Positions 26,690 to 40,487 of a DNA stretch of 64,000 bases are shown piece by piece. The notes under the pieces are model-generated. The model did not search any database. It was not told the DNA's origin and saw only the letters and a list, made by a program, of their open reading frames with translations. The stretch spans positions 122,264,001 through 122,328,000 of the forward strand of contig OX638151.1 in NCBI GenBank assembly GCA_951804945.1. The letters run 5' to 3'. Both the position numbers and the translations under genes were made by a program. The stretch is from Podarcis cretensis. Taxonomy: Eukaryota. Each line of letters starts with the position of its first letter. Position 1 is the first letter of the stretch.

Positions 26690-27260
26690 CATGTATTGTA
26701 GCCACTGATAGGCCTGCCCTCCATGAATTGGTCTCATCCCCTTTTAAAATCATCACCACATATTGTGTGAATTCCATAGCTTCAGTTTGGCCTGTGTGAA
26801 GAATGACTTCCGTTTTTCTGCCTGAACCTTGCTTCATTTTGTTTGAGTACCATGGGAGAGGGGAAAACACATCTCTATCCACTATCTCCACATCATAAAT
26901 ATTTGTGAACACTTCGCTCATATTCCTCGTTACTCACCCTTTTCTAAACTAAAAAGCCCCAAACACGGTATCATTTACTCCCAGGCGGGTTGCTGTGACC
27001 CAGTGATCATTTGGGTTGCTCTTTCCTTGCAGTCTCATTGCCATCAGCAAACATGGTCACCTCACTGCTCACTTCTAACTCTAAATCATTTATAAACCAT
27101 TAAAAAATAAATAATCCAGTCCCTATGCAGATACCTGTGAGGTCTTAGACACCTGACCCATCCACTATGAGGACTGTCTATTTATTCTTATTCTCTGCTT
27201 CCTGTTCTCTAACCAGGTACCATCAGAGGACCCATCCTCCGATTCCATGACTGCTAGAGT
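26690..27260 (-). mobile_element. Old degenerate CR1-like fragment
   Basis: Resembles CR1 3' coding/UTR sequence (tttctaaactaaaaagccccaaac; tctaaatcatttataaac); no intact ORF. Confidence 0.4.
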
Positions 27261-28011
27261 TACGCAATATTTACCAGGTCACCACTGTACACTTATTCAA
27301 TGGCATTCTTAAAGAACCAGAGTTCAGGCTCAAATGAAGCCCTTACTGAAGAGATGTACCACATTAACTGAAAGTAAGGAGTGTTTCCATGGTGGGGTGT
27401 GAAGAGCAAATGGAGCCCCTGCACCAGACCAGCCCTTACCACTGCAGCAACACACCCCGCCATGGAAACACTCCTCAAGCAGCTTTGCTATATTTCCATG
27501 GAGGGGCATGGAGGGTGAACAGAGCCAGCTGTGGCAGACCAGCCCTCACCACTGAAGTGATACCAGCCCCGAGCAGTGTGTCATTCCAATGGCTGGTGTT
27601 GCTTTGGGAATGAGGGATGGCCAGGCGCAGTGGGCTTCTTCACCCTCCGCCCCCCCCCCCCCCCCCGCATCCAAGGGGACATGTGTCCACCCCAGGAACA
27701 GTGGGAGCACCCTTCACCGCTGGTAGATCATCACTCATTCCTTCTTCCCTGGCAGGAGGGAGGAAGCAGCATTTTGTGGTTGCCTCGTGTGACAAAATGT
27801 CTTGGGCCAGCCATGTGCCTTAGCAATTCTTACAACAACCGTTTAAAATAAAGCCAGCATTATGAATTAATGGAGGGGGAAGTCAAGGTTGAAAGTGAGT
27901 GCTTTGCCTAAAAGAGATGGCTAACCTACAGCCCTCAACATGTTGTTGTACTCCAACTCCCATCAGCCCTTGCCAACATAGCCAATGTTCAAGGATGATA
28001 GAACTCATAGC

Positions 28012-28100
28012 CATAGCTGTCAACTTTTCCCTTTTCTTCGAGGAATCCTATTCAGAATAAGGGAATTTCCCTTTAAAAAGGGGAAACATTGACAGCTATG
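28012..28100. mobile_element. 89-bp MITE nested in a palindromic MITE (~27915-28147)
   Basis: TIR catagctgtcaa / ttgacagctatg; perfect 8-bp TSD ctcatagc. Confidence 0.85.
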
Positions 28101-28205
28101 CTCATAGCTCAGCAACATCTGGAAGAGCCCAGGCTAGCCACTCCTGGCCGAAAGCCACCTAATGTATTTTGACCCCTAGAATGCCTGGCTCACAACTTAA
28201 CTCCA

Positions 28206-28505
28206 TAAAAAAATTCCTTCCAGAAGCACCTTAGAAAGCAACTAAGTTTGTTATTGGTATGATCTTTCGTGTGCATGCACACTTCTTCAGATACACTGGA
28301 ACAGACGTCAACAGACCCACCCCCACCCTCTCACTATATATAAGGGTCTGGTGACTTCTGTTCCAGTGTATCTGAAGAAGTGTGCATGCACAAGAAATCT
28401 CATACCTATGACAAACTTAGTTGGTCTCTAAGGTCCTATTGGAAGGAATTTTTTTTATTTTGTTTCAACTACGGCAGACCACCACAGCTACCTACCTGTA
28501 ACTAG
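28206..28505. mobile_element. Penelope-like element remnant (inverted pLTR arms) with hammerhead motifs
   Basis: ~110-bp inverted arms; 12-bp direct flank aacttaactcca at 28194-28205 and 28506-28517; CTGAAGA-stem-GAAA core in both arms. Confidence 0.8.
28257..28294 (-). ncRNA. Minimal type I hammerhead ribozyme-like motif (PLE-associated)
   Basis: GUAU CUGAAGA A GUGUGC AU GCACAC GAAA GAUC AUAC. Confidence 0.55.
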
Positions 28506-28765
28506 AACTTAACTCCAGGCTATTACAGTACAACAGCAAAAGTGCTGAATATGCATACATTATCATATCATCCCTACCTTTCAAGTAAAACTTACTTAAA
28601 ACAATGTTTAAAAAATAGATGAAAGCAAAAATAGGACATTTGAGATTTCAGCATTGCAGGGGAATTGACTAGATTACCCCTAGTACCCTTTCCAACCCAA
28701 TGATTCCATGATTCATGGTTATTGACAACAACAACAACAAATTAACATATCACAGGAAACAAAAA

Positions 28766-29122
28766 TCAAAGGGCAGCTGAGCAGGACAAGGTCCCAAAAG
28801 GACATGAGAGACTCGGTTGTAGGCAAGCCTTACTGGGGGAACACTCCAAATATGGGGTGCAACAGCTGAAAAGAGTTTTTTTCTCAGTTGCTATGTACCT
28901 CATCTCCAAAGGCACAGCCACCCAGGCCCAGAAGATGATCTTAGAATTTGGGTAGTTCATTTGGGAGTATTTGAAGAGCCTGAGTCCCAAGCTGTATATT
29001 GCTTTAAAGGATACGCTCCTGAACTTTGAATTGTGCTCTGAAAAGCAGTGCCAATGTAGTCCTTTAAGAACTGGTGAGATGTGTTGCACATGACCAGTCC
29101 CAGTCAAAAGCCTTGCAGCCAA
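28766..29122 (-). mobile_element. Degenerate L2 RT C-terminal fragment
   Basis: AARLLTG...HISPVLKGLHW resembles TARLLTG...HIHPVLYQLHW in the 5606 L2. Confidence 0.65.
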
Positions 29123-29305
29123 CTGTTTTTTTCCAAGAAGTCCTCAGAGGCCCATGCATGCATAGTGGTAGCCAGACTGTTAAGTATATGTCCTATGAGG
29201 TCTTCTACATGCATCAACATCAACAGATATGCACATAGCTGATCCCTGTAACAACACGTAATAAACCTCACACATAAGCACACATATACCTATCCCAAGG
29301 GCTTA

Positions 29306-29581
<276 letters not shown>

Positions 29582-30947
29582 TCATAAGACCACATTTGCT
29601 ACACCAGAAGTCAGTCCCATTGATTCAGCACCTTTTGTTTGGATGGCTTACTGCTCAGAGTCATATGGGGGATCCCATCACAGGGATGGTTCTTATAGAG
29701 CTGCCATGACAGGCCCCAATGCCATATTAGCAGTGTTTCACATAGAAAGACCCTTTGGGCATTATCCTCAGAACACGAGAGCTGCTAAACTGAGAGGGGC
29801 CAAAGGACCCTATCCAGAATGACACTGAACAGAGTGGGAGCAGCTGCCATGCAGCCTGACTCCATCCTTTACGGCTCACAGTAATGCTTGGAAGTCACTC
29901 TAAGACTAAGCTGTGGGCAGAGGAGCTCCTTTCCAGGACAGTGAAACTCTTCTTTCAGGAAGGAGCAACTGTAGCATAATAATGAGGAGTCAGTCTCGGA
30001 CATTAGGCATTTCCTACAACACAGAAAGAAGCCACATTGCTGAAGGTGATGTTGGCCAGAGTCCCATATTGCCTCAGGTTCCATGGAAAAGGACCAAATT
30101 CTTTCCATGGAAGTAGTGAAAGGAGACATGCTGCAATGGTCCCAGGACAACAAGGTGAACTTGGAAGGGAAGGGAACACAACCCATATGGGAAAAGTCAA
30201 TACCTACAATACTACCAGACTTAACATTACTGTTTCCTATGCAATTAATAGCTCACATATTTTTGTGCTCCTGGATACTAAGTCTCCAGTATAATGCAAA
30301 GATGGGTCATTCTAAGCTCTCCAAAAGGGATCACCTAAAAACTCAGAAGAAGAAAGGGGTGCACTGAAAGTTGGCATACTGCCTTTACATGTCTATCAGA
30401 AAACATTCGGCTGCTATGGGGTTGGGCTGGAAAGCCTTCTCCACCAGCAGAAGCTGCCAACTAGTTTTCTTGCACAACTCCTAGTAAATACCTACATAAT
30501 AGTCAGAAATGCAATAGATTAAGGGTGCCCCCCCTACATGCTGCCCCATGCCAGGACAAGATTTCGATCATTTTATATCTACCTATTGGGTGCTAGTTTT
30601 ACTTACTTATTTGCTTAATTATTCATAATCCACCATGTGTGTGTGTGGCAGGGTACAACATAAAAACACAATAGGCACAGGAATGGCAGTGGTGGAGGGG
30701 GATGAGGAACCCCTCTCGTCACTGAGAAGCCAGGTTTAACAGGTGAATGTCTATGAAGAGAGCCAGCTTCTCTTGGTCAACTTGAGTTCAGCAGAGTACA
30801 GCTGTTGTGTCCCAGTTTCATTAATTTTTAATTCTGTGTTCATCTTAATTAGTTCATGAACTCTGAGTTTCCACTCTCTCTTTTAAGATGACATGGAGCC
30901 TATGTCCTAAACCCTTACATGGAGTGGGAAGGGCATTTCACTAGATT

Positions 30948-31220
30948 TATAGAGTTGGAGGGACCTGAAAGGTCATCTGTTTTGCTGCTGTTGCTGCAGC
31001 ATCTTGGATAGGTGGCAATTAAGCTTTGGAAACCTCCAGTGAAGGAGAGGCCTCCATCTTCCAAGGGAGTTTCCCTAACACTTTGTCAAAATCACCAATA
31101 TTGTAATTTCAACCCACTGCTTCAGGTCCTTTCCTAAAGCATCAGAAAATAAATTAGCTCCATGTTTTAAGATGCTTGTCATATCACCACCTCTTAATTG
31201 TCTTTTCTGGGCTAAATAGC
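30948..31220 (-). mobile_element. Degenerate CR1 3' fragment
   Basis: atagagttggagggacctgaaaggtcatc...aaacctccagtgaaggagag resembles 9830-9960. Confidence 0.6.
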
Positions 31221-34200
31221 ATGTTAGGCCACACCTGCTGAAGCTAATTTTCTGCACGATATTTAGGGTGGGGAAGACTACCCATGTTGTATTTAAGTCA
31301 CCCAGTTGTCTCTCCAAATCTCAAACCAACAATTGTATATCTTTCTCTGGGCCAGTGACTGTTTCAAGCTTTTTCACAGATTAGATATTTAGAACACCAA
31401 CCCATGAATAGTTTAACCCCAGGGTAGTTGCAACAATACTCCAATTAACCCTTCATATATTCTTCCTTATCTCTAGGGAAGTTGCCCTGGTGTTTCTAAG
31501 TATATTTGTAATTATGTAGAAGTTGGAGACAGCAGGCAGCCTTTACTACAACCACATGGTAAAACAGAATATGTAACAAGGGCAATTAAAGATCTACAGC
31601 CTGACCCACTAACCCATTGAGCCAGAGAAACTTGTATGGAAAGCTCATTTAGGCACCGTGAAGTGATTGGGACATCACATTAAAAAAACCCCACACATTT
31701 TGGTTTAACTTGTTCCTGGATCACATCTATAAATACAGTTTTTTAAAAGAGGGAAGTAAGCTTTTGACCTGTTCAGTGTAGCTCCGTAGATTATAATGGA
31801 CAAGCCAAAGAAAAAAATACCAGTGTTCTTTAATAATATTTGTGGGATATCCAGAAAAAGCAGTCAAGTCCAGCATTTCCCGTTTGCTAGAATGAGCACT
31901 CAGAGTTTAGACTGGTCAGTAACTTCTCTCTCTACGTATAAACTGTAAGACACTTTGTGCACTGTATAAATAAATAGTTATTACTCGTAAATATTTGTTT
32001 CATTATTTTTTTAGTAGTGATTCACAAATAGAAAAAGGAAAGGAATCCAATGAATTTATAAACTGGAAAGCTTAGCAGCTGGATCATTTTTGCACTGGTT
32101 TGATAAAAACTTGTATATTTGGGAGTTTTTAACCCTTTATCCTGGCTTGGAATTGATGAAAGCATTATTTTTTATTTAACAGGCAGATTGGGAGGGCTGG
32201 GTGTGTAAAAAAAGCAAATCATTCTAATTCCAAATGAAAATGGAGCTCACTACTGAAAAGCTGCTTTTCCCTAAGATTCCAGGTTGCTCAATCCATTTAT
32301 TTCAAGAATGAGCACTGCTTTAAGAGAATTAGAGCAAATTCACCAACCATAAGTAGACTTGGGTATAAAGTTATTAAACAGGGCACACACACACCCCCAA
32401 AAAAAAAACAAATAGAAGGAAATTATTGATGATGTATTTTGCTTGCTACTGAACTTTTTAAAAAATCCCTATGATTTGCAGCAGGTGCGCTGATCAATCA
32501 ACCAATCACTAATTTATACAGAGACTTATTGCATCCCTCCCCCAGTTGTTTCATTTGCTGCCTGTAATTGAGAACAAACCATACTTAAGGTACGCTTCAT
32601 GCAAGAGTTAATAAGGGCTGACAGCTGCTGCTATTGCTGCTTCCTTGAGATCACTGCAGGCTGGTGTTACCTTAATAGACAAAGCGAGGTCTCAAGTTCC
32701 AAAAGGGAGGGAAGGAGACATTTGGATTCTACAAACATGCCCTGCAGGAAGCCAAATATATGGCAAGTCCAGATTTTGTACTTTACACTCGTTCTTATAT
32801 AGAGCAGATGAAATGGTAAACCTGTGTCCGGACTGTCCCACTTCAGATTGTAGGTGAATGCTTTCTTGGGGGGGGGGGGTGATTTCTGGATATAGAAAAC
32901 TAAATGTCAGAGGAAAGGGTTATAACCTAGCCATTTTCCTGATATGCTAGATTTCTTACACTTAGGAATGTTATCCAAAGGCAAAACACTGCGCCGCTTG
33001 AGCCGCCCGCCTGCAATCTGAAGTGGTACACTCCTGTAAGGAGGCTACCACAACTATTATTTGTGAGAACCAGGTCGCAGCTTTCTATGACACTTTCATG
33101 CCCCAAAATGAATCGCATCTATAATTGGTTAGGAGAGAGGAAAGCCAACTTTTAAGAACTCCTTAAGGATTCTTAATATCATCATATACTGGCGCTAGAG
33201 TTTCAGCCAGGTGTGAAGTACAATCTGAGCTATTTCAACGGGACTCTTTATTTCCAGCTTTGTATCCCTAGGAAAAGGATTGTTGTCCCATTCATGAAAA
33301 TACTCTTAGTGGCAAAAGGGGCGGGAGCATGGTGTGCGCGCGTTGCATATATATTGATTACATACACATCATCTCCCGAGCTTCCCAAACGTGTAAGATC
33401 GAGTGTCTTAACAGGCTAGGCTTACCAAGGAAATTGGCAAGTCAATAACCTCAAGGGAAGGAGTAGACAGAACAAGCCTTCGTCCAGGTTTTATTACAAA
33501 ATATTTCCTTCCACCACACCAGAATCCCACACTAAAGCGCTGTAACAACTACAGAAGTCCCAAGCCCGTGTTAGATTTCATAGATCCGTGCTGCTTGGTG
33601 CGGATTGGACGGAAGTTTCAAAGTAAACGACTGAGTGGTTTTGCCTCATGGGAAGCGAAAGCTGGCTCGGCTTCCGTTTGCTCTTCTCGCTCATATATTT
33701 TATCTTCCTTATTTCACGCAGTTCGATTTATTATTTATATTATTTTTTAATATATATATCTATATCGCCCTTCTTCCGAGGGCGGTTTACAATATAAAAA
33801 CACAAAAATACATAACATAGTAACAAACTCAAACAGTAAACCGCCCCGCCCCCATTTAAAAGTCCATAGATATTTATCTATCTATCTGTCTATCTATTTA
33901 ATCGATCTATGACTCGTCTAGGGCAAGGTGTTGCAGGGGCTTATCTGTGCAATCAATCTCAATTGAATGACTCAGTTGTGGCTTAACTGCGCCCTGTGGA
34001 TAAGGGGAACGCACTCTGCACATGCTCTTAGGGACTATCTTCATTATTAACCTGCATCTTCTAGACCTTATTATCGGCTTTGTAAAACAAGTCCTAGGGG
34101 TCTCGTAAATCTTTCAGCTGGGTCCTAAACTTGATTTTTACTAGCATTCTTTAAGTCCTCACCAGAACTTCCTTCCAAGAGATGTATTTAGAATGAATCT

Positions 34201-36485
34201 CCCTCCCCTCCCTTTTAATACCTCTGCATTTTAGAATTTTTTATATTAGCTCCTCGGTCTGTCAGGGCTCCTGAACGGCTTCCATGACCAGAAAATAAAA
34301 TATCAAAATCACAGAAGGCATTTAATCAGAAAGAAACGAAAAAGGTCCAATCTCATCAAACAGAGTGTTAGCAGCAGCCTTGGGATCTCGGCTGACCAGG
34401 CCTAAAACAAGTCTGGGGGTGAGTTTTGCTGGCCGTCCTCGGCAAAGACCCCCATCCTAACCGCCTTCAGCCTCTGTCGCCCCCGGCCGCTTAAGTGGCG
34501 TGGCAAGGAAGTCACAGCAGCTCTCACTGGCAGCGCAACAACATGGTCACGCCCAGAGAAAGGGGTCCCATTTTTAAAACGAAGACGACCCCCTTACACA
34601 CCACTTGCTTTTTAGTTGCATCCTCACACGAGGAACCCGCACCCTTACAGGGCAGGTCTACACAGATTTACTCCCAAGCAAGCCTCACTAGTTTACTGCG
34701 GCGGGCGGGGGTGGGTCTCAACCTTATTCTACAAGTGGCAGCGCCCCCTCCCTTTTATCGACCGAGAAGCATTTTTAATAGGCGCTGAAAAATATTTACA
34801 GCTGGAATCGCAGCCAACTCTATAGGTCTGAGCCTCAGTGTTCTCAGACGCGCTTGCCAACAAACCATTCGTCTGCCCGGAAGAGTTTTAGAAGGACAGG
34901 GATGTAAATGAAAGAGCCTGAGACGCAGTTCTGCCCCCTTGTCTTCAGCAGAAAGAGGTAGCCTGTCTCCAGGACAGCCACTACTACGAGGACGCTGCTG
35001 GTGGGGTTCGCTGGTTTGTTAAATTTCTATACCGCCCTTCATCGGAGGATCACAGGGCGGTTTACAATAAGACCATAGCAAAACTAGAAAGATGCCCTAT
35101 TCCTAACGCTGCTCATCTTTCATGCATTGTGAAATCTGGAAGTATCTTGCCATAATTGTTAGCAGCAGGTATCCTACATTTCTTGGGTTGTGGCTGAAGG
35201 AATACATTCAGGAAACAGTTTTTTTCAGCTTTAGAGGACTTGCGTTGGAACTGAGTACTCTTACGAAGCCTGATCCCTATACATATTTACTCGGAAGCAA
35301 GTCCCACCACGTTCGATAGGACTTGCTACCAGAGAAGCATGCACAGGATTGCAGCCTTACCTGGAAGTCAGTCCAAGACAATGGGACTTACTTTGCGGGG
35401 TGGGGGCGGTTAAATTAAAATAAGTGACCAGAAGACCAGATCCAAGGGTCCAGCAGCCTGCATCCTAAACTTGTCTCCGGGGAGCAAGGGCTCCAAAAGG
35501 CGCCCCAACCCCACCCTAACCCCAACCGCACTTTCTCCCCAGTTGCTTAATTTGGTTGGGACCATTCTCACGTCCAGGATCCTTTTCACCCTTTCCTTAC
35601 GTGGGGATGTGCTTCCAATTAAATGTGTTGAGGTCGGAGCGCGAGTCCTGCAGCCAACTGGGCGGTGGATCTGGATGCCAGTGTCTCATCAAACCCATCC
35701 TCCAAGTAAGTAGACCATTCAGGCTGCAACCCTGTGCATACTTACCTGGGAGTAAGCGCCGTTGAACACACTGGGACTTACTTCCGAGTAAACATACATA
35801 GGATCGGGCTGGACATGAGGGAAAAAAACAAAACAAGAACACACACACTCTACTTGATGTAAAGAAAATATTCATCTGAGTCAGAGGCTGCGATCCTAAG
35901 TCACAAGAGGGACCTTCATTAAAATGAACGGAACTTGCCTCTAAGTAGATCTGATCGGGACTGGAGTGCAAGGGGAGTTTAAACAGATATTGCACTTGTC
36001 GCTTTGCCCGCTTATATAACTGAAGCGAATGCATTTCATAGCATTTTCCCAGGTAGGTACCGTCTAACAGGTATTATGGCGCCTGGCTGCTTCTTCTTGT
36101 TGTTGCTACAGTCCCTTTGAAAGAAGCAGCCCTTTAGTAAAGGGCGAGATAACTGTATCCATTGCAATTTCATAGCTCCGGAGATGTGCGCTCTAATCTC
36201 CAGTCCATCTTTTGTAAATTACCTAATTCTTCTCTCTCTTTTTGAAAGGGAAAATGGAAAGAAAAGGAAAAAGTGAGCCTCCCATGGAAGAAACTATAGG
36301 GATCGAGTTATCCAGATCTGTATAATTACTTTTATATTAAAGCTATTGCCAAATGTAATGCAATTTGGAGATTTCAGTTACTCAAGATATACCCATTAGG
36401 TGCACAAGAGCGGGGGCGTAGGCGGCACAACGAACAGCGAAAGCACACAGCTCATGATTAATTTTAACCTAAATGCCTCCTCCAC

Positions 36486-36532
<47 letters not shown>

Positions 36533-36533
36533 G
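36486..36533. repeat. (TTG)16 microsatellite
   Basis: Direct reading. Confidence 0.97.
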
Positions 36534-37459
36534 ATGATGATTACGATGATCCAGAGGAGCTTAATTTTGTTCTTGAGTTCAGCGTAGCAACAATTTTACG
36601 CTCCCAGCCATGGTACCTCCACTGTCCCTGAACACCAGTTGCAGCGAACCACAAATGGGGAGGATCTGTTGTGCTCTGGTCCTCCTTGACGGCTTCCCAT
36701 AGGCATCTGGCTGGCTAGTATGAGAACAGGATAAGGGACTAGACAGGCCTTGGGCCCGATCCAGCAGGGCTCTTCGGTTAGCTCAAACTACTGACTGTTT
36801 CTGATGCTAGCGCTCAGCCCCGAAACTTTTCAGAGGCAGAGTGACTCTGAGCATGGACAGAGCTCAGTTGGCTCCTCGCTGGGTCTGCAGTATTATTAAC
36901 ATCTGTTTTACTTCTCTGTAGCCATTGAATGCAATAGAATTTACTTCCCATAAAATATTAAGGATCGTTAAGGAGGGAAGAACTGGAATTCCGGACTGGT
37001 ATCATTTCAGTTGCCGAAGTGTGGCTGGGTGTGCCGTTTCCGAATGCTCCCCAAAGTAACCCCATCGCTCTGCATTGGGTAAACTAGCACACGAGAGAGA
37101 GAGAGAGGTTTTGCACAGCCTCTTTCCTCAGCGCCAACATTATTAGCTGCAGGGAACTGTGCCGGCCACCAGAGCGGCGTCCGGAAGTGACCCCAACCTG
37201 CAACTCCCCGGCTGAATCCGCCACCCATTCCGTAAGGCCATCAACCCAGACACACTTTGCAACAGCCCCCACAGAACTCAGCGAGGTCTTTCCGTCAGAG
37301 CAAATCCATGTTCCTGGCTAGTCATCTACTTTCTTTATAAGTCAATGGAATTTCCTCCCAAGTAAAGGTCACCAAGATTGAGGAGCGGATGGGGGAGGGG
37401 AGTTGCAGCTTTTCTTCCACGTATTATCATTATCATTAGCACATATTTATTTATACCCC

Positions 37460-37803
37460 TGGGACGCGGGTGGCGCTGTGGGTTAAACCACAGAGCCTAG
37501 GACTTGCCAGTCAGAAGGTTGGCGGTTTGAATCCCCGCAACTGGGTGAGCTCCCATTCCTCGGTCCCTGCTCCTCCCAACCTAGCAGTTCGAAAGCACGT
37601 GCAAGTAAATAAATAGGTACCGCTTCAGCGGGAAGGTAAACGGCGTTTCCATGTGCTACTCTGGTTCGTCAGAAGCGGCTTAGTCATGCTGGCCACATGA
37701 CCTGGAAGCTGTACGCCGGCTCCCTCGGCCAGTAAAGCCAGATGAGCGCCGCAACCCCAGAGTCGGCCACGAATGGACCTAATGGTCAGGGGTCCCCTTT
37801 ACC
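37460..37803 (+). mobile_element. Sauria SINE (full length)
   Basis: Head gggacgcgggtggcgctgtgggttaaacc, tail cccctttacc; 14-bp TSD tttatttatacccc at 37446-37459 and 37804-37817. Confidence 0.92.
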
Positions 37804-40351
37804 TTTATTTATACCCCGCCTTTTTCCCTGACAAGGTCTCAAGGCGATTTACAGCGACCCCCTCCCCTTGAGCCACTACATCCTTTGGTTGGGCTGCTGT
37901 AGCCGGCAAGGGACACCCCCCCCCCTCTCTCAAACCCAAGAGCCTTTTCCTCTCGCGTGTCCTTGAGACCGTTTCCTCCCGCTGCCACTCCGGTGTAATA
38001 TTATAACCGAGGTGGGTGCTTTTGTTTTAATTTCTAACAGAAGGAAGGGACCGCCCTCCCCGCTTCGCTCCCCCTCTTTCTCCCTCCCCTCCTCCCTTTC
38101 TCGTGAGCTTCTCAATAGGAGCGAGGGAGCCGCAGTAGCCGCTTGGTTTGCTAGTAATTATGAACGACAATCCTGTTCCCGAAAACGGGAGCTCTTAGTC
38201 GAGCAAGATCGCTTTGAAACGACAGCAGGAAACGGCAAGGAAATGGAGCGTGCAGCAACCCAGCGTGAAACTTTCGCTTCTTTACATGTTTACCATTTTC
38301 CACGCATATATTAAGGCTGGGCGGGCAGGGAGAAAAGAAAATCGGTTCTGCTTTGGGTTGCTCCCACACAACAGAGAGCAAGCAAGCAAACAAACAAACA
38401 AACAAACTAAAAGGGTGCGATTCCAGAGCAATGGGGCTCCCAAATACCTTGTGATAGAATCACAAGCCTATATTTATGGCACTTCTGAGTTTGTTTATTT
38501 TCGTTTTATATATTAATCATACGTTAAAAAAACCGCACTTAATTAGGGTTTGGAATCGTGGAATTGTTCTTATGTAATGTGGGTGTTTTCTGGAGCAACA
38601 CCCCAAGCCACGACCCATTTGCTCCCGAGGAATCCTCTTAAAATAAATCGGGCCAGTAGCCAGCAAGCGGATTGTGCTAATTTATCTGGGAGTCTCTTTA
38701 AAATCTGTTTGTGTCGAGTAATGAGCGCGCAATAATCCGAAAGTTTCCCTCTTTTGAATAGACAAGTGTACTTGGAGGTCGGTCCTTTGGATATCCTTTG
38801 GATACTTGCTGAGAAGTGAGTCCCGCGGGTTTCAACGGCCAGTTAAGTGTTCAAAGGCTTGGCCTTCAATCCCACGTGGCGCACACATTTCTCGGAAGAA
38901 AATATTCCAGCAAGGCCCAAGGAAACCAAGGCTGTGCCCTCCAACTCCCAGCAGACCCGACCACGGGCCACCACGGCTGAGGGTGCTGGGAGCTGAAGTC
39001 CGTCAGCCTCTGGAGGACACGTGCTAAACAGCCCTGATGGAAAGCATTTCTTCGGTGTAAATAAACATTTACTTCCAAGCCAAGCTGCAAAAACACATAA
39101 ATATAGAATCACAGCGTTGGACGGGACTCCAGAGGTCATCTGGCCCAACCCCTGTGGTGCAGGAACATCCACACACGGTTCCCCATCCAATTTGAAACCA
39201 TACCCGAAGACCCTGCTTCGCTTTGTAAATCTGCTGGCAGGTTTCCTCACATCAACCGCTAACGACACAGAGAGGTTTATTTCCCTATTTTATATTATTG
39301 TGTCTCTTCTAGGACCAAAAAAAAAGTATGTTTCCAGTCGTGGGAGGCTACAAACCTTCAGCTCCGGAAAACTTTAATGTTAAACCCATTTTCACTGAAT
39401 GGAATTAATCTGTCCAGTTATTTCGATTTAAGCAGTTTATAGTGCCATCCTAAAAGACTTGCCTAGAATATCGCAATGGGATTTAGCCCCCTGTAAAGAC
39501 CTGCCGAGGATCTCACGCGGCCTTAAACCGCACTACTCAACAGCTGGAAGAAAACGGAGGAAGTTCCTTCTCGACTCAGTTCAGTTTTTGCATGTTCTGA
39601 GTTTCGTTGAAATGACTGGCAAAAAGCTCAAGCGATTTTAGCAAATATTTGCCCGATGCGGTCAGCTCTCTCTGTCCCTCTCTCTCTCTACTGTACTCCA
39701 AATTTGCCTCTCCCTTCTCTTTAGCTGGCAGCTCTTTAGCTCTGGGCTTTGGGCAGGCGTGGTGCTACTCCTGCAAACAGGTTTCAGGCAGGCCTACAAA
39801 CCCGCCTCCCCGCTCGTGGGGGGGGGGATATCAAGTGATAAATCGCTACAATCGGCAAGTTCAAGACGCCCCTTGCCCTTTTCACACGGGTTGGACAAGG
39901 GCGTCAACATAAAGCGCTGCATTCAACTGGATCCCAAAAGGCAGCCTTGGAATGTCTCCCGGGCAAAAAGAGTTAAGCTTTGACCCGCCGTACCTGCCCC
40001 GCTGCATTCAAAAGCGATTTTTCTCGAAGGGGAATTAATAGTAGCCGATGGCCCAGAAAGGTATTTTCCCTTCACCGTTCCTTGCAAAATGGTATCTAAT
40101 CTTATCTATACATATAATGTGTGGACTTCTTTCGTGAAAGTCTTGACCACTGCTGAACCAACCAGAGGGTCCATCCCTGCACACTACTTCTTAGAATAGC
40201 TTCCAACTGCTCAGGTCCCTCGTATTGGCCACTTCCTGCGCTTTACACCATAAATCAAGCACAGCCAACGCACATTTAAAGGGCACGACTTTCCTCAAAG
40301 AATCCTGGGAACTATGGTTTGCTATCGGTACCGGGAATTGTAAGTCTAAGG

Positions 40352-40487
40352 CAGTGTTTCCCAACCTTGTGCCTCCAGCTGTTTTTGGACTACAATTCCC
40401 ATCACCCCTTGCCACTGGTCTTGCTAGTCAGGGATGATGGGAGTTGTAGTTCAAAAACAGCTGGAGGCACAAGGTTGGGAAACACTG
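40352..40487. mobile_element. 136-bp palindromic hAT MITE
   Basis: 58-bp arms with 3 mismatches; perfect 8-bp TSD gtctaagg. Confidence 0.92.
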
